DNA from: the human T2T-CHM13v2.0 reference genome, Homo sapiens
Direction: 5' to 3' (one strand)
Assembly (NCBI RefSeq): GCF_009914755.1
Contig: NC_060937.1
Length of the DNA: 64,000 nucleotides
In this document: positions 56,801-64,000 of the stretch, piece by piece
Layout of the letters: the number at the start of each line of letters is the position of its first letter
Numbering within the stretch: the first letter of the stretch is position 1
Translations under genes and position numbers: made by a program
Notes under the pieces: model-generated
Database searches by the model: none
The model's input: the letters and a program-made list of their open reading frames with translations, nothing else
Told to the model about the DNA's origin: nothing

Positions 56801-59800
56801 TATACTGTACAAAAAATATCAAAGTACCCAAAATATGTATTATATACTGTATATAAAATATGAAAGTACATCAAATATAAATTTTATTCTGTACATAAAA
56901 TATCAAAGTACACCAGATATATATTTTATAGTGTACATAAAATATCAAAGACCCAAACTATACATTATATACTGTACATAAAATATGAAATTACATCAAA
57001 TATATATTATATTAGGTACATAAAATATGAAAGTACATAAAATATAGATGATATACTGTACATAAAATATCAAAGTAGCCCAAAGATATATTATACAGTG
57101 TACATGAAATATCAAAATTTACAAAATATATATTATATAATGTACATAAAATATCAAAGTACCCAAAGCAAGTATTATATACTGTACATAAAAGATGAAA
57201 GTACATCAAATATATATTTTATTCTGTACGTAAAATATCAAAGTACACCAGATATATATTTTATAGTGTACATAAAATATCAAGGTACCCAAATTATACA
57301 TTATATACTGTACATAAAATATGAAAGTACATCAAATATATATTATATTAGTTACCTAAAATATGAAAGTACATCAAATATAGATTATTAACTATACATA
57401 AAATATCAAAGTACCCCAAATATATATTATATACTGTACATGAAATATCAAATTTCACAAACTATATATTATATACTGTACATAAAATATCAAAGTACCC
57501 AAGGTATATAATCTATACTGTACAAAAAATATCAAAGTACCCAAAGCATGTATTATATACTGTACATAAAATATGAAAGTACATCAAATATATATTTTAT
57601 TCTGTACATAAAATATCAAAGTACACCAGATATATATTCTATAGTGTACATAAAATATCAAAGTACCCAAACTCTACATTACATACTGTACATAAAATAT
57701 GAAATTACATCAAATATGTATTATTTTAGGAACATAAAATATGAAAGTACATCAAATATAGATTATTAACTGTACATAGAATATCAAAGAACCCCAAATA
57801 TATATTATATACTGTACATGAGATATCAAACTTCACAAACTATATATTATATACTGTACATAAAATATCAAACTACCCAAGGTATATATTCTATACTGTA
57901 CAAAAAATATCAAAATACCCAAAGCATGTATTATATACTGTACATAAAATATGAAAGTACATCAAATATATATTTTATTCTGTACATAAAATATCAAAGT
58001 ACACCAGATATATATTTTATAGTGTACATAAAATATCAAAGTACCCAAACTATACATTATATACTGTACATAAAATATGAAATCACATCAAATATATATT
58101 ATATTAGGTACATAAAATATGAAAGTACTTCTAGTATAGATTATTTACTGTACATCAAATATCAAAGTACCCCAAATATATATTATATACTGTACATGAA
58201 ATATCAAAGTTCACAAACTATATATTATATACGGTACATAAAATATCAAAGTACCCAAGGTATATATTCTATACTGTACAAAAAATATCAAAGTACCCAA
58301 AGCATGTATTATATACTGTACATAAAATATGAAAGTACATCAAATATATATTTTATTCCGTACATAAAATATCAAAGTACACCAGATATATATTCTATAG
58401 TGTACATAAAATATCAAAGTTCCCAAACTATACATTATATAATGTACATAAAATATGAAATTACATCAAATATATATTAGGTACATAAAATATGAAAGTA
58501 CATCAAATATAGATTATATACTGTACATAAAATATCAAAGTACCCCAAATATATTTTATATACTGTACATGAAATATCAAATTTCACAAACTATATATTA
58601 TATACTGTACATAAAATATCAAAGTACCCAAGGTATATATTCTATACTGTACAAAAAATATCAAAGTACCCAAAGCATGTATTCTATACTGTACATAAAA
58701 TATGAAAGTACATCAAATATGTATTTTATTCTGTACATAGAATATGAAAGTACACCAGATATATATTCTATAGTGTACATAATATAACAAAGTACACAAA
58801 CTATACATTATATACTGTACATAAAATATGAAATTACATCAAATATATATTAGGTACATAAAATATGAAAGTACATCAAATATAGATTATATACTGTACA
58901 TAAAATATCAAAGTACCCCAAATATATATTATATAATGTACATGAAATATCAAAGTTCACAAACCATATATTATATACTGTACATAAAATATCAAAGTAC
59001 CCAAGGTATATATTCTATACTGTACAAAAAATATCAAAGTACCCAAAGCATGTATTATATACTGTACATAAAATATGAAATTACGTCATATATATATTTT
59101 ATTCTGTACATAAAATATCAAAGTACACCAGATATATATTCTATAGTGTACATAAAATATCAAAGTACCCAATCTATACATTATATACTGTACATAAAAT
59201 ATGAAATTACATCAAATATATATTAGGTACATAAAATATGAATGTACATCAAATATAGATTATATACTGTACATAAAATATCAAAGTACCCTAAATATAT
59301 ATTATATACTCTACAAGAAATATCAAAGTTCACACACTATATATTATATACTGTACATAAAATATCAAAGTACCCAAGGTATATATTGTATACTGTACAA
59401 AAAATATCAAAGAACCCAAACCATGTATTATATACTGTACATAAAATATGAAAGTACATCAAATATATATTTTATTCTGTATATAAAATATCAAAGTACA
59501 CCAGATATATATTCTATAGTGTACATAAAATAACAAAGTACGCAAACTATACATTATATACTGTACATAAAATATGAAATTACATCAAATATATATTAGG
59601 TACATAAAATATGAAAGTACATCAAATATAGATTATATACTGTACATAAAATATCAATGTACCCCAAATATATATTTTGTACTCTACATGGAATATCAAA
59701 GTTCACAAACCATATATTATATACTGTACATAAAATATCAAGGTACCCAAGGTATATATTCTATACTGTACAAAAAATATCAAAGTACACAAAGCATGTA

Positions 59801-62740
59801 TTATATACTGTACATAAAATATGAAAGTACATCAAATATATATTTTATTCTGTTCGTAAAATATCAAAGTACACCAGATATATATTCTATAGTGTACATA
59901 AAATATCAAAGTACCCAAACTATACATTATATACTGTACATAAAATATGAAATTACATCAAATATATATTATATTAGGTACATAAAATATGAAAGTACAT
60001 CAAATATAGATTATATACTATATAATAAAAATACCAATGTACCCAAATATATATTTTATACTGTACATGAAATATCAAAGTTCACAAACTATATATTATA
60101 TACTGTACATAAAATATCAAAGTACCCAACGTATATATTCTATACTGTACAAAAAATATCAAAGTACCCAAAACATGTATTATATACTGTACATAAAATA
60201 TGAAAGTACAACAAATATATATTTTATTCCGTACATAAAATATCAAAGTACACCAGATATATATTCTATAGCGTACATAAAATATCAAAGTACACAAACT
60301 ATACATTATATAGTGTACATAAAATATGAAATTACATCAAATATATATTATATTAGGTACATAAAATATGAAAGTACATCAAATATAGATTATATACTCT
60401 ACATTAAATACGAAAGTACCCCAAATATATATTATATACTCTAAATGAAATATCAAAGTTCACAAACTATATATTATATACTGTACATAAAATATCAAAG
60501 TACCCAAGGTATATATTCTATACTGTACAAAAATATCAATGTACCCAAAGCGTGTATTATGTACTGTATATAAAATATGAAAGTACATCAAATATATATT
60601 TTATTCTGTACATAAAATATCAAAGTACACTAGATATATATTTTATAGTGTACATAAAATATCAAATTACCGAAACTATACATTATATTGTGTACATAAA
60701 AAATGAAATTACATCAAATATATATTATATTAGGTACGTAAAATATGAAAGTACATCAAATATAGATTATATACTGTATATAAAATATAAAAGAACCCCA
60801 AATATATATTATATACTGTACATGAAATATCAAAGATCACAAACTATATATTATATACTGTACATAAAATATGAATATACCCAAGGTATATATTCTATAC
60901 TGTACAAAAAATATCAAAGTACCCAAAGCATGTATTATATACTGTACATAAAATATGTCACTACATCAAATATATATTTAATTCTGTACATAAAATAACA
61001 AAGTACACCAGATATATATTTTATAGTGTATATAAAATATCAAAATAGCCAAAGTATACATTATAAACTGTACATAAAATCTGAAAGTACATCAAATATA
61101 GATAATTAACTGTACATAAAATATCAAAGTACCCCAAATATATATTATATACTGTACATGAGATATCAAACTTCACAAACTATATATTATATACTGTAGA
61201 TAAAATATCAAAGTACCCAAGGTATATATTCTATACTGTACAAAAAATATCAAAGTACCCAAAATATGTATTATATACTGTATATAAAATATGAAAGTAC
61301 ATCAAATATAAATTTTATTCTGTACATAAAATATCAAAGTACACCAGATATATATTTTATAGTGTACATAAAATATCAAAGACCCAAACTATACATTATA
61401 TACTGTACATAAAATATGAAATTACATCAAATATATATTATATTAGGTACATAAAATATGAAAGTACATAAAATATAGATGATATACTGTACATAAAATA
61501 TCAAAGTAGCCCAAAGATATATTATACAGTGTACATGAAATATCAAAATTTACAAAATATATATTATATAATGTACATAAAATATCAAAGTACCCAAAGC
61601 AAGTATTATATACTGTACATAAAAGATGAAAGTACATCAAATATATATTTTATTCTGTACGTAAAATATCAAAGTACACCAGATATATATTTTATAGTGT
61701 ACATAAAATATCAAGGTACCCAAATTATACATTATATACTGTACATAAAATATGAAAGTACATCAAATATATATTATATTAGTTACCTAAAATATGAAAG
61801 TACATCAAATATAGATTATTAACTATACATAAAATATCAAAGTACCCCAAATATATATTATATACTGTACATGAAATATCAAATTTCACAAACTATATAT
61901 TATATACTGTACATAAAATATCAAAGTACCCAAGGTATATAATCTATACTGTACAAAAAATATCAAAGTACCCAAAGCATGTATTATATACTGTACATAA
62001 AATATGAAAGTACATCAAATATATATTTTATTCTGTACATAAAATATCAAAGTACACCAGATATATATTCTATAGTGTACATAAAATATCAAAGTACCCA
62101 AACTCTACATTACATACTGTACATAAAATATGAAATTACATCAAATATGTATTATTTTAGGAACATAAAATATGAAAGTACATCAAATATAGATTATTAA
62201 CTGTACATAGAATATCAAAGAACCCCAAATATATATTATATACTGTACATGAGATATCAAACTTCACAAACTATATATTATATACTGTACATAAAATATC
62301 AAACTACCCAAGGTATATATTCTATACTGTACAAAAAATATCAAAATACCCAAAGCATGTATTATATACTGTACATAAAATATGAAAGTACATCAAATAT
62401 ATATTTTATTCTGTACATAAAATATCAAAGTACACCAGATATATATTTTATAGTGTACATAAAATATCAAAGTACCCAAACTATACATTATATACTGTAC
62501 ATAAAATATGAAATCACATCAAATATATATTATATTAGGTACATAAAATATGAAAGTACTTCTAGTATAGATTATTTACTGTACATCAAATATCAAAGTA
62601 CCCCAAATATATATTATATACTGTACATGAAATATCAAAGTTCACAAACTATATATTATATACGGTACATAAAATATCAAAGTACCCAAGGTATATATTC
62701 TATACTGTACAAAAAATATCAAAGTACCCAAAGCATGTAT
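53880..62740 (+). repeat. 4,431-bp tandem duplication (2 copies, near-identical)
   Basis: Nine or more ORF pairs share an exact 4431 offset (54024/58455, 54397/58828, 54770/59201, 55143/59574, 55606/60037, 56121/60552, 57098/61529, 57548/61979, 57818/62249). The copies share many private variants, for example ATATGTCACTAC, CAAAATAGCCAAAGT and TACTTCTAGTATAG. Confidence 0.93.
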
Positions 62741-64000
62741 TATATACTGTACATAAAATATGAAAGTACATCAAATATATATTTTATTCTGTACATAAAA
62801 TATCAAAGTACACCAGATATATATTCTATAGTGTACATAAAATATCAAAGTACCCAAACTATACATTATATACTGTACATAAAATATGAAATTACATCAA
62901 ATATATATTAGGTACATAAAATATGAAAGTACATCAAATATAGATTATATACTGTACATAAAATATCAAAGAACCCAAATATATATCATATACTGTACAT
63001 GAAATATCAAAGTTCACAAACTATATATTATATACTGTACATAAAATATCAAAGTACCCAAGGTATATATTCTATACTGCACAAAAAATATCAAAGTATC
63101 CAAAGCATGTATTATATACTGTATATAAAATATGAAATTACATCAAATATATATTTTATTCTGTACATAAAATATCAAAGTACACCAGATATATATTCTA
63201 TAGTGTACATAAAATAACAAAGTACACAAAGTATAAATTATATACTGTACATAAAATATGAAATTACATCAAATATATATTAGGTACATAAAATATGAAA
63301 GTACATCAAATATAGATTATATACTGTACATATAATATCAAAGTACCCCAAATATATATTTTGTACTCTACATGGAATATCAAAGTTCACAAACCATATA
63401 TTATATACTGTACATAAAATATCAAGGTACCCAAGGTATATATTCTATACTGTACAAAAAATATCAAAGTACCCAAAGCATGTATTATATACTGTACATA
63501 AAATATGAAAGTACATCAAATATATATTTTATTCTGTTCGTAAAATATCAAAGTACACCAGATATATATTCTATAGTGTACATAAAATATCAAAGTACCC
63601 AAACTATACATTATATACTGTACATAAAATATGAAATTACATCAAATATATATTAGGTACATAAAATATGAAAGTACATCAAATATAGATTATATACTCT
63701 ACATAAAATATCAATGTACCCCAAATATATATTTTATACTCTACATGAAATATCAAAGTTCACAAACCATATATTATATACTGTCCATAAAATATCAAAG
63801 TACCCAAGGTATATATTCTATACTATACAAAAAATATCAAGGTACCCAAAGCATGTATTATATACTATACCTAAAATATGAAAGTACATCAAATATATAT
63901 TTTATTCTGTACATAAAATAAGAAAGTACACCAGATATATATTCTATAGTGTACATAAAATAACAAACTACACAAACTATAAATTATATACTGTACATAA

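Larger units (their letters stand above)
1..64000 (+). repeat. Human satellite 1A (HSat1A / classical satellite I / SAR) array, 42-bp monomer
   Basis: A continuous 42-bp period runs across the window (14-aa period in every translated frame). Each monomer is a 17-bp ACATAAAATAT(C/G)AAAGT plus a 25-bp ACCCAAA...TATACTGT segment, delimited by GTAC (RsaI) sites, which is the classical satellite I structure. The + strand is A-rich and G-poor throughout, and the array runs off both ends of the window. Confidence 0.96.
4950..64000 (+). repeat. Main sub-array: mixed 378-bp and 373-bp HOR units
   Basis: Monomer I reads ACACCAGATAT from about 4951 onward. A 5-bp deletion in monomer B (ATATATATTATATTAGG -> ATATATATTAGG) first appears at about 5041 and is frequent afterwards, giving 373-bp ORF offsets such as 34696/35069/35442 and 46532/46905/47278. 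Confidence 0.85.

Noticed and set aside
2153-61640. Short hydrophobic minus-strand ORFs (62-81 aa)
   Set aside because: They are antisense translations of the same satellite, opened by chance loss of a stop codon.
1-64000. CRISPR-like appearance (conserved TGTACATAAAATAT core alternating with variable segments)
   Set aside because: The variable segments are homologous to one another and cycle with period 9 rather than being unique spacers. There are no cas genes or leader, and the sequence matches a primate satellite.
1-64000. Alpha satellite, CENP-B boxes, HSat2/3, HSat1B, telomeric repeats, Alu or L1 insertions, strand inversions
   Set aside because: I saw no 171-bp period, CATTC or TTAGGG motifs, GC-rich or unique insert, or switch in strand asymmetry anywhere in the window.
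1-64000. TATA-box-like motifs (TATAAA, TATATA) and scattered CpGs as regulatory elements
   Set aside because: These are expected from the base composition. The consensus has no CpG and the few present are isolated point variants, so nothing supports a specific promoter.
1-64000. AT-rich protist (Plasmodium-like) repeat antigen gene or organellar DNA
   Set aside because: The exact 17+25-bp RsaI-bounded monomer and 378-bp 9-mer fit HSat1A, and there is no non-repetitive coding flank in 64 kb.

Overview
The whole 64 kb window is one uninterrupted, single-orientation array of a very AT-rich 42-bp tandem satellite, consensus close to ACATAAAATATCAAAGT-ACCCAAACTATACATTATATACTGT. The monomers are organised as a 9-monomer, 378-bp higher-order repeat (HOR). 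This matches human (or great-ape) classical satellite I, now called HSat1A (RepeatMasker SAR): a 17-bp unit plus a 25-bp unit, each bounded by RsaI GTAC sites. HSat1A arrays are pericentromeric (in human mainly chr3, chr4, chr13 and other acrocentric short arms), and I cannot assign the chromosome from this window. I see no gene, RNA gene, transposon, CRISPR array or inversion. All listed ORFs are artefacts of a stop-free frame in a repeat whose period is a multiple of 3. I found no new coding system. The interesting content is array architecture: a sub-array boundary at about 4.6-4.95 kb, co-segregating 378-bp and 373-bp HOR haplotypes, a nearly perfect 4,431-bp tandem duplication, several dispersed kb-scale duplications, in-register monomer gains and losses, quasi-palindromic monomer junctions, and variants that create poly(A) hexamers. 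All alignments were done by eye using diagnostic variants and ORF offsets, so breakpoints are approximate. Monomer labels A-I are my own, taken from the translated frame: A=QSTQTIHY, B=EITSNIYYIRY, C=ESTSNIDY, D=QSTPNIYY, E=MKYQSSQT, F=QSTQGIYS, G=KKYQSTQSM, H=ESTSNIYF, I=QSTP(N/D)IYSIVY.
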